Assembly (NCBI GenBank): GCA_951406725.2 | Contig: OX597839.1 | Location: forward strand, 30,008,001 to 30,072,000 | DNA length: 64,000 bases | Direction: 5' to 3' | From: Octopus vulgaris | Lineage: Eukaryota | In this document: positions 24,493-37,298 of the stretch, in pieces | How the letters are laid out: each line of letters starts with the position of its first letter | Position numbering within the stretch: the stretch's first letter is position 1 | The notes under the pieces: generated by a model | Databases searched by the model: none | Told to the model about the DNA's origin: nothing | Seen by the model: the letters and a program-made list of their open reading frames with translations, nothing else | Program-made: the position numbers and the translations under genes

Positions 24493-26535
24493 GTCATCAT
24501 CATCATCGTTTAACATTGGTTTTCCATACTGGAATGGGTTGGACTGTTTGACTGAGGTCTGGGAAGCCAGGAGGCTGCACCAGGCTCCAGTCTGATCTGG
24601 CAGTGTTTCTACAGCTGGATGCCCTACCTAACGCCAACCACTCTGAGAATGTAGTGGATGCTTTTTACATGCCACCGGAACAGGGGCCAGAGGAGGCTGG
24701 CAATGACTACGATCGGAAGCCAGTCAAGGCAGCACTGGCATCGGTCACGTTTTGATGGTGCTTTCTACATGCCACCAGCACAGGGATCATAACTACAATT
24801 TCCGTTTGATTTTGATGTACTTGACTCAATAGGTCTCCTCAAGCACAGCATGTCACCCTACGATCCAGAGTACTTTTGAATGGGCTGGTTATGCAACATT
24901 GGTGTTGGTTTCAGCTGTGAACCCACTTTATTTGTCAGGTCTTCGCAGTCACAGCATATCTCCAGAGGTCTCAGCCTTTTGTCATTGCCTCTGTGAGGCC
25001 CAACATTTGAAGGTCATGCTTCATCACCTCATCCCATGTCTTCCTGGGTCTACCTCTACCCTGGATTCCTTCAACTGTTAGGGAGTGGCACTTCTTCACA
25101 CATATCTCCTCGTCCATCTGTAGTACATGACCATACCAACACAAATATCTCTCTTGCACACCACATCCGATGCTCCTTATGTCCAACTTTTCTCTCAGAG
25201 CGCTTACACTCTGTCGTGTGTGCACACTGACATTACATCATGCTAGCTTCATTTCTTTCCAGTCTACACAAATCCTCAGCAGTTACAGACCATGTTTAAC
25301 TGCTGTGAATCATGGCAGTTCACACACATACATCGTACAATCTACCTTTCAATCTGAGTGAGAGGCCCTCTGTCACCAGTAGGGTAACTTTGCCCAGGCT
25401 ATTCTTATTCTAGTGATAACACTCTCTGAGCATCCACTCCCATTACAGACTTGATCACATAGGTAGCGGAAGCTATCAACTACTTCTAGTTTCTTCCCCT
25501 GGTATGTGATGGAATCTGTTTTCTGAGCATCTGTGGTGCTTATTTCCCCTGTGCATCTCCACACACAAAAGCTATCTTCCCAGTTAATCTTCCTTTGATG
25601 TTGCTGCACCTCTTGTGTCCATCTTATGGAGTTTCTAACTGCACCTTTTCTACAGATTGAGCAGGGCCATCTACCTGAAGGGGTGTGTGATATGTTCGCC
25701 TTCCTACTTACTAGAACTTTGGTCTTTGCAACACTGACTCTAAGGCCCTTCGATTCTAAACCTGGTTTCAACATCTGAAATTTATTCTCTAGTCTGGTAG
25801 TGATTCTGTGCTATGAGGGCCAGGTCATCAGCATAGAAGAGCTCCCAGGGGCAACCTGTCTTGAATTTCTCTGTTATTGCCTGGAGGACTATGATGAATA
25901 AAAGGGGACTGAGGGCTGATCCTTGGTGGACCCCTACTTCTACCCGAAATTCTTCACTATACTCATTGCCAACTCTAACCTTACTAACGGCTTCTCTGTA
26001 TAGGGCCTGTACAGCCCTTATTAACCATTCGTCAATCCCCAGTTTCTGCATCACCCACCAGATAAGGGATCAGGACCCCGTCAAAGACTTTCTCCAAGTC
26101 CACAAAAGCCAAGTATAAGGGTTTATCTTTGGTTAGGTATTTCTCCTGCAGTTGCCACACCAGGAATATAGCATCAGTGGTGCTACTACCTATCACAAAA
26201 CTGAACTGCATCTCATTTAAGCAGACTCTCTAAATTAGTTGGGCTATGACCCTCTCCTTGACTTTCATCACCTGATCCAGCAGTTTGATACCCCTGTAGT
26301 TATTTCTATCTAAAGCACCACCATTACCCTTGTAGCAGTTGACTATGGTGCTGCTATGCCAGTCATTGGGTATGACTCCATCATGAACTTCCTGGTTTAA
26401 TATGCAGGTGACTAGGCCATAGCCCACACCACCAGATGTTTTAAGCATCTCAGCAGTGATCCCTGATGGGCCGGGGACTTTTCCTGGTTTCATACCCTTA
26501 ATTGCTTTATCTACCAGGTAGCTGTCTATTCAGAT
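24493..26535 (-). mobile_element. 5'-truncated RTE LINE (RT, PHD remnant, 3'UTR, tail)
   Basis: MKPGKVPGPSGITAEML, NYRGIKLL, GVHQGSALSPLLF, FYADDLAL, WYGHV, GRGRPRKTW; tail seen as (CAT)n at 24493. Confidence 0.9.
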
Positions 26536-27055
26536 AGTACTTGTTGAAATCAAATTAAACAAATTGGAGGAAACTAAAAAAAAAAATTTTTTTTTCCATT
26601 TTTTTGTGCATTTTTCAGTAGAACAGATTTTGAATTTAACATTAGTTACATTGGAAACCTTACTTTATGTTCACTACAGCCATGTTACATATATCACATG
26701 ACAGGAAATGCATCAAGTTCCTGATAAACATGAAATTTTCTATATTTCAATCAAAATAACAGTATGAACAAACCCTTCTCGTTCTTTCTCTCACTATATA
26801 TATATTATATATATATATAATCATCATCATTTAACAACCATTTTCCATGCTAACATGGGTTGGACAGTTTGAGAGGAGCTGGCTAGGCAGAAGACTGCAC
26901 CGGCTTCACTAGTAAGAAAGACAAACAGACAGACAGATATGTATGTATGTATATATGCATGCATGCATGTCTATCCAGTTGGTTATCTTGGAACCAAAGA
27001 GAGATGTAGATTATGACAAAGACTTCTTGGAAGCTCAATAAATATTTCCACTTAC

Positions 27056-27087
27056 CATTCTGGACCTAACTTCATTGTTTCTGCCAT
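27056..27087 (-). CDS. GIGYF2: GIGYF1/2-family protein, first coding exon (whole exon 27098-27056 including 11 nt of 5'UTR)
   Basis: Minus strand reads tttttcag|AAGCAAGAAAA ATG GCA GAA ACA ATG AAG TTA GGT CCA GAA TG|gtaagt = MAETMKLGPE(W), resembling the GIGYF N-terminus (MAAETxxLNFGPEWLR). Phase 2 joins the next exon to complete TGG. Confidence 0.88.
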
Positions 27088-28099
27088 TTTTCTTGCTTCT
27101 GAAAAATCAAAAGGAAATAGAAAAATTCAGGATTAAAATTTGTTTTTTCTTGTATTTAGAAAATTTAGTGTTGAGTCATACAATGTTTAACAAAATTGTT
27201 CAGACAAGATCCTTTACAACCAGAAGTTTTAATCAACCGACAGATGAAACTGCCTATGGAACTAATATAAAAAAGAAAATAAAACTGTCAGTTACGATGA
27301 CAACTCTTCCAGTTGAGCCAATAAACAAAAGAGCCTTTATGTAGTTGTCAAGGAGATCAGACACACGCCTTTAATGTAGTTGTCAAGGAGATCCAGCATG
27401 ACACAGAATGTGACAAAGCTGGTCCTTTCAAATCCAGGTACCACTTCTTTTTGCCAGTTGAGTAGACTAGAGCAATGTGAAAATAAAGTGTCTTCTTCAA
27501 GGACACAACATGCCCCCATGACCTTACAATCATGAGCCAAATACCCTAACTACTCAACCACACACCTTCACATGGAACTTGTTAACAGCCACTTTAAATA
27601 TGCCTAATCATGTACAAACACAAAAGGAAAAGCCTGCACTTATATTAACATATCAATGATATCTACACAATATTCCTAGTAACAGTTTCACATCATCTTT
27701 CTGAACGATAAGTGTTTTATACCTCAAACAGACTGAGTTATTCCTCCTAACTATTACTTCACTACAAGTGTGATCCTGCCGTTTCATATCATCATCATCA
27801 TCATCATGGTTGTTTCTCAGGTTCCACTGCTAAAATAGGCATCACCATTACTTTTTCCTCACTTAATTCAAGTACCCCGTATCTCGAGTTTAGGCCTTGT
27901 AATGACAGCATTGTTATTCCCAGCTTGCATCATACAGTTTCTCTTCTGGTGTTGAAGTATTATTCTTTTTATACATCTCCTGATCTGTGGATTAGGAGTT
28001 AAACCAAAAGTGCATGGATCTAATGTTACAAGAAACCAGAAAGACATGCTGACATCACCATAAGAAGATTAGTATCACTGAATAATAACTGGCTTAAAA

Positions 28100-29080
28100 T
28101 GACAAACTTTCCTTGCCAGAAAAAGAATACTTTATCCCATTTTAATTGCTTAGATCATTAGGTGATGTAGCACCGTTTTTGTAAGGAATGAAGCCAATTT
28201 CCAGTTGCCAAGAATAAAGATTATTGGAGTGAAATTTGGGAGTGTTGAGCAATAATAACAGTAACTTCAAAGTTTTGGCCAGCTTCATCTTCAAAGGACT
28301 GTAATACATTTGAGTTCATCTTGACTTCATAAAGTCTCTGGTAAGTTTAATTAATGGGCTACCATTGTGTACTCTGTCTATCAAGGGCCTCACAACTTTC
28401 TCCAATACAACGGTATAGGTAACGTCATTGACTCTTAAGCCCCGTGTAAAACAGTGAGGAGGCATGACATCTTACTCATTGCTAAAGACTCCAAGAACCA
28501 TCACAGTTGCTAGGAACTCAGTATAAATGACTGCTGGAACTTCATTCGGGTCTCTGCAGTTTAGCTTTTAGGTCCTGATTGAAATTTTTCTTATTGGAGA
28601 AAAACCAAAGCATCCCAGCCACTTGATGTTTGAACTTGTTTTTGCGTGTCCAGCATAAACTGACCCTTCTGAATCACATACAACTTGTCTCTGATGTCTT
28701 CATGCACAACTCTTCTGATGGTGCATTCTGAAACCTTTGCAATGACTGATTGAGAGTCTGAGGTTTTTATAAATTATTTCTTGGGCATTTTGTACAAAGT
28801 TATGTGTTCTGAAGGAATTAGTACCCTTTGCATGCATTTTGCATTTAGCTGCTGATGTTGGATCCCAGTCAGCAGCTTCCAGCTCCTTTCGAACTTTGAC
28901 AATGAAGGATCATGCAACTTTCAGGAAGTGAGCTATCTCTCTATCTCTATGCTACACTTTTTAAGACAATGCTGAGTCAACCTGATGCCTGACATTATCT
29001 GAAAAGTAAGCTAAAGAAAAACAAAGTTGGAAGAAAGTTAGAGCTCTTGAAAGAGGTGGCCTCAAAAAACTGATGCACTC
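28100..29080 (-). mobile_element. Decayed Tc1/mariner transposon, copy B
   Basis: Reverse complement aligns with copy A; the terminus sits in a (TA)n run. Confidence 0.6.
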
Positions 29081-29192
29081 TATATATATACACATATATT
29101 ATTATATACATATATATATATATATATATATACATATTCATATATACATGTTCATATATATATATATATATATAGACACACATGCATACACA

Positions 29193-29228
<36 letters not shown>

Positions 29229-29231
<3 letters not shown>

Positions 29232-29760
29232 TCGTCATCGTTTAGCGTCCGCTTTCCATGCTAGCATGGGTTGGACGGTTCAACTGGGGTCTGTGAAGCC
29301 AAAAGGTTGCATCAGGCCCAGTCTGATCTGGCAGTGTTCCTACGGCTGGATGCCCTTCCTAACGCCAACCACTCTGTGAGTGTAGTGGGTGCTTTTTATG
29401 TGCCACCCGCACATGTGCCAGACAGAGCTGGCAAACGGTCACAGAGGGATGGTGCTTTTTACGTATATATATATATATGCACATGCATACACATACATCA
29501 TCATCATTGTTTAACATCCGCTTTCCATGCAGGCATGGGTTGGACAATTTGACTGGGGACTGGCGAACCAGATGGCTGCGCCAGGCTCCAATCTGATCTG
29601 GCAGAGTTTCTACAGCTGGATGCCCTTCTTAACGCCAACCACTCCGAGAGTGTAGTGGATACTTTTACGTGCCACCAGCACAAGGGCCTGTTAGACAGTA
29701 CTGGCAATGGCCACACTCAACTGGTGTTTTTTATGTGCCACCTGCACACAAGCCAGTCCA
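29229..29760 (-). mobile_element. Two tandem truncated RTE tail copies
   Basis: Two copies starting catc..cg/attg tt(t)a.cgtccgctttccatgc at ~29229 and ~29497, each preceded by (TA)n or (CA)n. Confidence 0.75.
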
Positions 29761-29779
29761 TTACAACAATCTTATTCAG

Positions 29780-30700
29780 GCTAATGCTGAGTCCAAATAT
29801 CTTGCAGGCTGCAGAAATATGATCCATGAGGATATGCATCGGTTCCGTTCTATGAGCAACTAAGTTGCAATCATCCACACACGGGAGTCATGAAAAAGAG
29901 AGTGAAAAAACTTTCAAAGTGGCAGTAAATTGGTATAAATTAAAAAGAAAACTAGAAGATTGGTTCCTCACATCTATCCCAGAAGAGCACTCACAGCACA
30001 AGCATGAGTTAGAGCAGCAGCAAAATCTCTCTACAGGAATGGGTCCAACGATGCCATCACCAACACTGACCCATGTCAATTATGAATAGAAAATGACCTA
30101 AACAACCAAGTTTGCCAAGTATTTTTCAGAGAAACCCTATTCACAATCAAAAAAAAATCTGGACAAGATCCATATTTTGCTTATAACACATCTCTTGCAT
30201 CTGTCTTGCTGTGAAAATCATATCTCTTGTTCCTCTATCAAAATGGAAGCCACACTGAGATTCAGATGCAATATCATTTACAAGGTGCTATTCAGAAGGC
30301 TAAGAAGAATACTTGCCAGAAGTTGACTAGAACAATACCTCTACAGTTGCCACATTTTATTCTGACTCTCTTTCCTTTATAGAGAGGAAAAATAATTGCA
30401 TCCTTCCAGTCCTTGGGGACAGCATTACTCCTCCATACTACACTAAGCTCATGAAGCTCCTGTGTAATATGACCAATGCCAAAGTCCAAGATCTCAGGGC
30501 AAATTCCATCTTTACCAGGTGCTTTACCAAGATACATCTTCCTTATTGCTGTTACCACCTTGTCTATTGCAGGTGCAGAGTTCAAGGAGGTGATGAGATG
30601 TCTTTGCAGTGACAATTACAGCATCATCGACAACTGTCTCATGATTTAGAAGTTCAGAAAAGTGTTCAATACAGTGACTTGTGATTTCTGTTATTTAGTA
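29780..30700 (-). mobile_element. Old RTE LINE fragment of a different family
   Basis: GKAPGKDGICPEIL...VPKDWKDAIIFPLYKGK...NCRGIVL. Confidence 0.65.
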
Positions 30701-30829
30701 AGAAGGATAGAGGACATTTGTCCTAAGCTGTTTTGACTATTTCTCCTAATTATGGTAGCTACAGTATAAAATAGTGGAACTCAAGGCAATCTTGAGTTCC
30801 ACTATTTTAAAGCCTAACAAAGAAGACAG

Positions 30830-31260
30830 GCTCAATACAACAGATTAGCTCCTGGGAAAGACTCAAGAGGTTAAGACTTTACTCCCTGAAATGAAGACAG
30901 AGAAGATATGCTGTAATATACATCTGGAAGATCTTGGAATGACTTATTCCAAACTTTAGCATAGAAAATTATACTAACATCAGAACAGTACCATTCCATA
31001 GTGTCAAAGATCCCATCCTTGCTATGAAAATAGAGGACCAAATATTGAAATAGTCTGAGATTCAAGAGCTCTCAGCTCTTCAATATCTTCCCAAAGGACC
31101 TGAGAGCCCTACATAAGATGAATTTAGATATCTTCAAAACAAAACTAGATCTCCTGCTGTCAAGATTCCCAGATAAACCAACTTCACAGCAGGGAGCACA
31201 AATGAGGACAGCAGCATTAAATGTTCTCATTCACCAACTGCCAACTATGAAAGGATTAAT
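30830..31260 (+). mobile_element. CR1-like LINE 3' end
   Basis: QLFNIFPKDLR...FKTKLD C-terminal signature. Confidence 0.5.
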
Positions 31261-31839
31261 GAAGCTGTAGTAACACATACCGGAGGTGCTCCAGTATGGC
31301 CACGGCTCTAAAACTGAAACTAGTAAAAAGAGTATACCCATATACACAAACACACACACACACACACACATATAGGTATCTGTATACATATAGACATATA
31401 CATATAGCAGCTGTTGACTTGTAAAGGAGTATGACCATCACTACTGACAAGTTATCTTTTCCTCAATGTTAAAGATAATGGGATGTCAGCAATGTCTATG
31501 CCAAAATTTGAAGTAATAACAACTTGCACAACACCTCTAGGACTCTCACCTACAAAGTCATGTTGTCCAGAAACAAAATCTCAGGCTTTGCAATGAGGTG
31601 GGTGTTATTTCAGAATTTTCCTCCCATAGAGGGGGATGTCTAAACAAAGACTAGAGGTCACTCATTCCCAGATGATGGAGAGCCATAGACCCTACTGAAT
31701 TTGTCAATCCTTTGACACATTTTCTTTTCATTTTGCAAAATATCCAACCAAAACCACCTTACTTAACAGTGTATTTGTTGACCAATATGCCAATTATGGT
31801 ATTATGGTTCTGAAGATTTGATTGAACAAAAAACTAAGA

Positions 31840-33186
31840 ATAAATTTCTCAGTTTATCAATGCAGAAGACATGCATAGACTGGAGAGAAATGAAAGTATG
31901 CTCTGTTGGATGTGTGACATCAGTGCGCATATACAACAAAGTGCAAATATATTGAGAGAAAAGTTGGGCATAAGAGTAACCAAATGTAGCATGCAAGAGA
32001 GAAGACAACGTTGGTTTGGACATGTGATGCGTATGAATGAGGACAGCTGCATAAAAAAGAGCTAATCACTGAATGTGGATGGTACCAGTGGAAGAGGGAA
32101 ACCTAGGAAGACATGGGATGAAGTGGTGAGAACCAATCTCAGCATGTTGGGCGTCACGGAGGAAATTACAATGGACTGAGATGCCTGGCAATATGAGGTT
32201 CTTGAGAAGACCTGTTCATGTCAACAAAACCGAGTTCTAGAAGTGCTGTGTGTCCCACCCACACTTAATAGGAAAAGTTCTCACACACCCTACGACAACA
32301 AACATTTCTTCCTCACATTTCATCCTTCATACACTATACCTACCTCTCACTTCCCAATCCTGTCCTCAAGGCCATTTCTCTGTATCATTGCTATGTGGTA
32401 GAGCCCCTCCCACTCTATATATGCCCAGGCTTTTGTCACTCACTTTTCAGTCCCCCTCTACACTATCTAATCACGCTTCTTTCACAATATCCTGCCACTT
32501 ATATTATGACATTTGAACCTCAAGGGTATGGCCTGGCACTTGCCACCATTTATATCTCTCTCTTCCTTTACTCAACCATCCCATTTATATTCTGATCCCC
32601 ATTCCTTGAGAGTATGCTTGGCACTTTGCCACCATCTCTATCCTGCTGTCTCCCACTCTCTCTCTCTCTCTCCTTTGCCTTCTCTTCCATCAAGCTGGTA
32701 ACCATGAATCTCCTTTGTAGCGGCATATGTGTTTTTGTCTTCATTCCTGATCTCTCTCCCCCACCTTGTACCTCTTCTACAGTAAGACACCTGTCTCTGT
32801 CACACAATAACCTTTAATCATCTGACACAAGATCACCTCATCCAATGTCTCCTCCCCTCTCAAAAGAACTTTTTATCTCGCAAGTTACCTCGGTGACCCT
32901 GTCAGAGCAGGTGTCACTTAAAACATCTAGTCCACACTGAAAAGTGGTTGGCATTTGGAAGGGCATCCAGCTGTAAAAACCCTGCCAAAACTGACCTCGC
33001 CTGTACTTGTGCCACATAAAATGCACTAAGTCTATTCTGCTAAGTGGTTGGTGATAGGAAGGGTATCCAGCTGTAAAAGTCCAGCCAAAACAGTCACAGA
33101 CGTCTGGTGCATGCTTCTGCCAGACCAGCTCCTATCAAACCATCCCACCCATGCCAGCATGGAAGATGGTCATTAGATGATGATGA
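31840..33186 (+). mobile_element. Older RTE LINE 3' part with pyrimidine-rich 3'UTR and tail
   Basis: LERNESMLCWMC...RWFGHVMRM...GRGKPRKTW; tail ending gatgatgatg at ~33186. Confidence 0.7.
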
Positions 33187-33274
33187 TATATGCATACATA
33201 TAGATATGTGCACATGTATGTAGAAATATATACATACAGATATGTATACACACACACACACACATATATATATA

Positions 33275-34108
33275 CTAGGTCTGATCAAGTATCTGGACAG
33301 GTGCTATAAAAACAAACCTACAATGCATACCAATTTGGCAATTAATCTCCTTCGGAAGCCACACACTTAATCCACCAGTTTCCATTGATGCAAGCATTCC
33401 TGAAACTTGTTTTCTGCGATAATCAGTAGCAGCCTCGTCGCATTCACTTTGATTTCTTGACGTTCTGAAATCTTCTTCCTTTCAAGCAGGATTTGATTTT
33501 TGGAAAGAGAAACCAGTCGCAAGGGGCAAGATCTGGGGAAATATGGTGGCTGCTGGACTTGAGGAATGCTGTGCCTAGCCAAACACTGCTGCACAAGCTG
33601 CACTGAATAGGCAGGTGCGTTGTCAGCTGAAAGCAGTTTTGGCAAAAACTTGGCATATACACGTTGCATACCTAAATCTTCAGTGATAATGGACTGAACC
33701 GAACCGTAATGAATCAACTCACAGATGGTGATTTGACAATTTCCCCTCACAGATGCATGCACATCTGCAATGTTTTTCTCAATTCATTTGGTTGTGGGTC
33801 TCCCAGAACATTCATGAATATCGACATCTTTTCAGCTGATACACTTTCTGCAATCTTGCGTAGGCTTGTGAGTAGGTACCACCAAGCTTTTGGCAAAATT
33901 TGATGCAGGTTCATGGTCAATGCGAGAATCATACGCTACACACATTCCTTCCAAGTACTACTGTTAACAGCAGAAGTGAGCTAGAATGTTAAAACTTAGT
34001 GCGCATGTACAGCAGAGTTCTAAGTCAATCTATGCCAAGCAGCTTCACTATGCGTGCTTGAGCTTCGTTACTATAGCAATAGTCCAGATACTTACTAATC
34101 AGACCACG
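33275..34108 (-). mobile_element. Internally deleted mariner element with both TIRs
   Basis: TA|CTAGGTCTGATCAAGTATCTGGAC...GTCCAGATACTTACTAATCAGACCACG|TA; motifs DNAPAY, PPY and SPDLAPCDWFLFPKIK. Confidence 0.85.
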
Positions 34109-34164
34109 TATATGTATAGAGTGTTTGAAGTGGTGTACAGATATTGTATACTGAGAAAAAGAAA

Positions 34165-34287
34165 GCAGTCAGAATTTTGGATAATTCTTTATTAGCACTT
34201 TCATTTGTTTTTCAAACTCATCAAGACAAAATCTTGAATTTGAAAAATGAACAAAAGCGCTAAGAATTATCCAAAATTTTGACTGCC
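34165..34287. mobile_element. Short palindromic MITE-like element
   Basis: gcagtcagaattttggataattctt...aagaattatccaaaattttgactgc, an imperfect hairpin over the whole length. Confidence 0.6.
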
Positions 34288-34389
34288 TCTTGTTTGAAAA
34301 ACATATATATATTGTTGAAGCCTTCGTATAACTCAAAGCCCTCAATGAAACAGAAGGGACATAGCATCACATAATGTGGAAGACAACTA

Positions 34390-36975
34390 CAGGTTTCTAC
34401 AGGACAACCTGCTGAGAGCCACTGACCAGATCTGTGGATGGTGCAAAGTCCCCTCTCGACCCAAGGTAACGTGGTGATGGAACAATGTGGTTGACAGGGC
34501 TATTAGACAAAAGAAACAGGCTTGGAAGGACTGGAAGAACAGAGGTAGTAGGGAATTGTATCAGACTACCAGAAGGGAAGCAGATAAGAAAATATTTGCC
34601 AATGTTCTGTGCAGTGAGGAACAAAGACTTGAAGTATTTTGTGTTGCAAGACAGTGTGTGAGAGAGAATCGTGATGCCATAGGAGAGAAATGTGTCCATA
34701 TGGATGATGGTTCACTTGCACTAAACGAGACTGCAGAGAGAGAGGTTTGGAAGATGCCATTATGAAAGGTTGCTCAATAAAAAGAATGAATGGGAGAAAG
34801 AGAGTCTGCTAAATGTCAACCCCACAGAGGAATCAGCTATCTGAATTGACAGTACCTTGGTAGATAAAGCAATCAAGAGTATGAAGGCAGGGAAAGCCCC
34901 TGGCCCATCAGGAATCACTGCAGAGATGCTCAAAATATCTGGCAGTGTTGGCTGTGGCCTAGTCACCCGTATAGTTAACCAGGTGATACACGAAGGAGTC
35001 ATACCCAATGACTGGTGTAGCAGCATAATTGTCAACTGCTACAAAGGTAAAGGTGACCCCCTAGATACAAATAATTATAGAGGTATCAAACTGTTGGATC
35101 AGGTAATGAAGGTCACGGAGAGGGTCATAGCCAAACTAATTAGAGGGAGAGTCAATTTAGATGAGATGCAGTTTGGGTTCGTGCCAGGGAAAAGCACCAC
35201 TGATGCTATATTTCTGGTTAAGACAGCTGCAGGAGAAATACCTAGCCAAAGATAAACATCTGTACCTCGCTTTCATTAACATGGAGAAAGCCTTTGACAG
35301 GGTCCCCGATCCCTTATCTGGTGGTCAATGAGGAAACTAGGGATAGATGAATGGTTAGTGAGAACTGTGTAAGCCATGTACAGGGACAGCATCAGTAAGG
35401 TGAGGGTTGGCAACGAGTACAGTGAAGAATTCCAGGTAGAGGAACACCAAGGTTCAGTCCTCAGCCCCCTCCTATTTATCATAGTTCTTCAGGCAATAAC
35501 AGAGGAATTCAAAACAGGATGCCCCTGGGAGCTCGTCTATGCTGATGACATTGCTCTAATTGCGGAGTCACTATCAGAACTAGAGGAGAAGTTTCAGGTG
35601 TGGAAGCAAGGATTAGAATTGAAGGGCCTTAGAGTCAACCTAGCTAAAACCAAAGTCCTAATAAGTAGGAAGGCAGGCAAACCACAAATCTCTTCAGGTA
35701 GATGGCCCTGCTCGATCTGTAGAAGAGGTGTAGGTAGAAACTCTATAAGATGTACCCAGTGTAAGCTATGGACACATAAGAGGTGCAGCAATATCAAAGG
35801 AAGGCTAACTGGGAAGATAGCTTTTGTATGTGGCAGATGCTCGGGTGCAATAAACACTGACAATGCGCAGAGAACAACTTCCGCCACATTCCAGGGAGAA
35901 AAACTAGAAGTAGTTGATAGCTTCCATTACCTAGGTGACCAAGTCAGAAGTGGGGGGGTGGATGCTCTGAGAGTGTAGGTACTAGAATAAGAATAGGCTG
36001 GACAAAGTTCAGAGAGCCGCTACCTCTGCTGGTGACAAAGGGCCTGTTGCTCAGAGTGAAAGGTAGACTGTATGATGCCTGTGTGCGAACAGCCATACTA
36101 CACAGCAGTGAAACATGGGCCATGATTGCTGAGGACATGCGTAAGCTCGCAAGGAATGAAGCCAGTATGTTCCGATGGATGTGTAATGTCAGTGTACATA
36201 CTTGACAGAGTGTAATTACCTTGAGAGAAAAGTTAGACCTAAGAAGCATCAGATGTGGTGTGCAAGAGAGACAATTGCACTGGTATGGTCATGTGGCGAG
36301 AATGTATGAAGATAGCTGTGTGAAAAAGTGCCACACCCTAGCGATGGAAGAGGTAGACCCAGGAAAATCTGGGACAAGGTGGTGAAGCACATCCTTCGAA
36401 CATTAGGCCTCACCAAGGCAATGACAGGTGACTGAGACCTTTGGAAATATGCTATGCGTGAGAAGACCCAGCAGGACAAGTGAGACCATAACCCATGGTC
36501 TTTACCAATGATGTAGCCAGCCACCTTATGCATACCTTTCCTTCTTTGGACACAAAAGTCTGCTCGTGAAGACCTGTTGAAGCAAATAAAATCGAAATTT
36601 AACCAAATTCGATGACTGGCACCCATGCCAACCTTCCTTCATTGGACACTAAACTCTGCTTGCGAAGACCTGTTGGGGCAAGTGAAATCGAAATTGAGCC
36701 AAATTCGATGACTGGCACCAGTGATTCCGCCCCATCTGAGTAGAATCACTGCCAGAGCAACTCTCTGGCTTCCGTGCCGGTGGCACATAAAAAGCACCAT
36801 TTGGGCGTGATCATTACCAGCGTCGCCTTACTGGCACTTGTGCCATCAGCACGTGACAAAACATTCGAGCGAGGTAATTGCCAGTGTCGCTGGACTGACT
36901 CCTATGCAGGTGACACGTAAAAAGCACTATTTGGACATGGCTATTGCCAGTACCACCAAACTGGCCCTCGAGCCG
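34390..36975 (+). mobile_element. Longest RTE LINE copy (RT, PHD, C-terminus, part of 3'UTR), frameshifted
   Basis: GKAPGPSGITAEML, NYRGIKLLD, QFGFVPGKSTTDAIF, HQGSVLSPLLF, YADD at 35538, PHD at 35709-35840, WYGHV. Confidence 0.92.
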
Positions 36976-37298
36976 GAATCTGTTTTCTGAGTATCTGTGG
37001 TGTCTATTGCCCATGTGCATCTGTCGCACATGAAAGCTATCTTCTCAATTAATTTTCCTCTGATGTTGCTGCACCTCTTATGTGTCCATAGCTTACACTG
37101 GGTACATCTTATGGAGTTTCTACATACACCTTTTCTACAGATCGAGCAGGGCCACCTACCTGAGGGGGGGGGGGTGATGTGGTGGTTCAGTAAACTATGT
37201 GACATCTAACTTTGGCCTTTGCTACATTTACTCTAAGGACTCTTGATTCTAAACCTAGCTTCTAATTCTGGTAGTGATTCTGCTATGAGGGCCAGGTG
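36976..37298 (-). mobile_element. Inverted RTE fragment (PHD region)
   Basis: GRWPCSICRKGVCRNSIRCTQCKLWTHKRC on the minus strand, abutting the 3'UTR of the previous copy. Confidence 0.85.

Noticed and set aside
27333-27395. ~35-bp tandem duplication (cctttatgtagttgtcaaggagatc)
   Set aside because: A simple local duplication at the tail of a SINE, with no sign of function.
34390-36975. Possible active LINE
   Set aside because: No endonuclease region and several frameshifts and stops.
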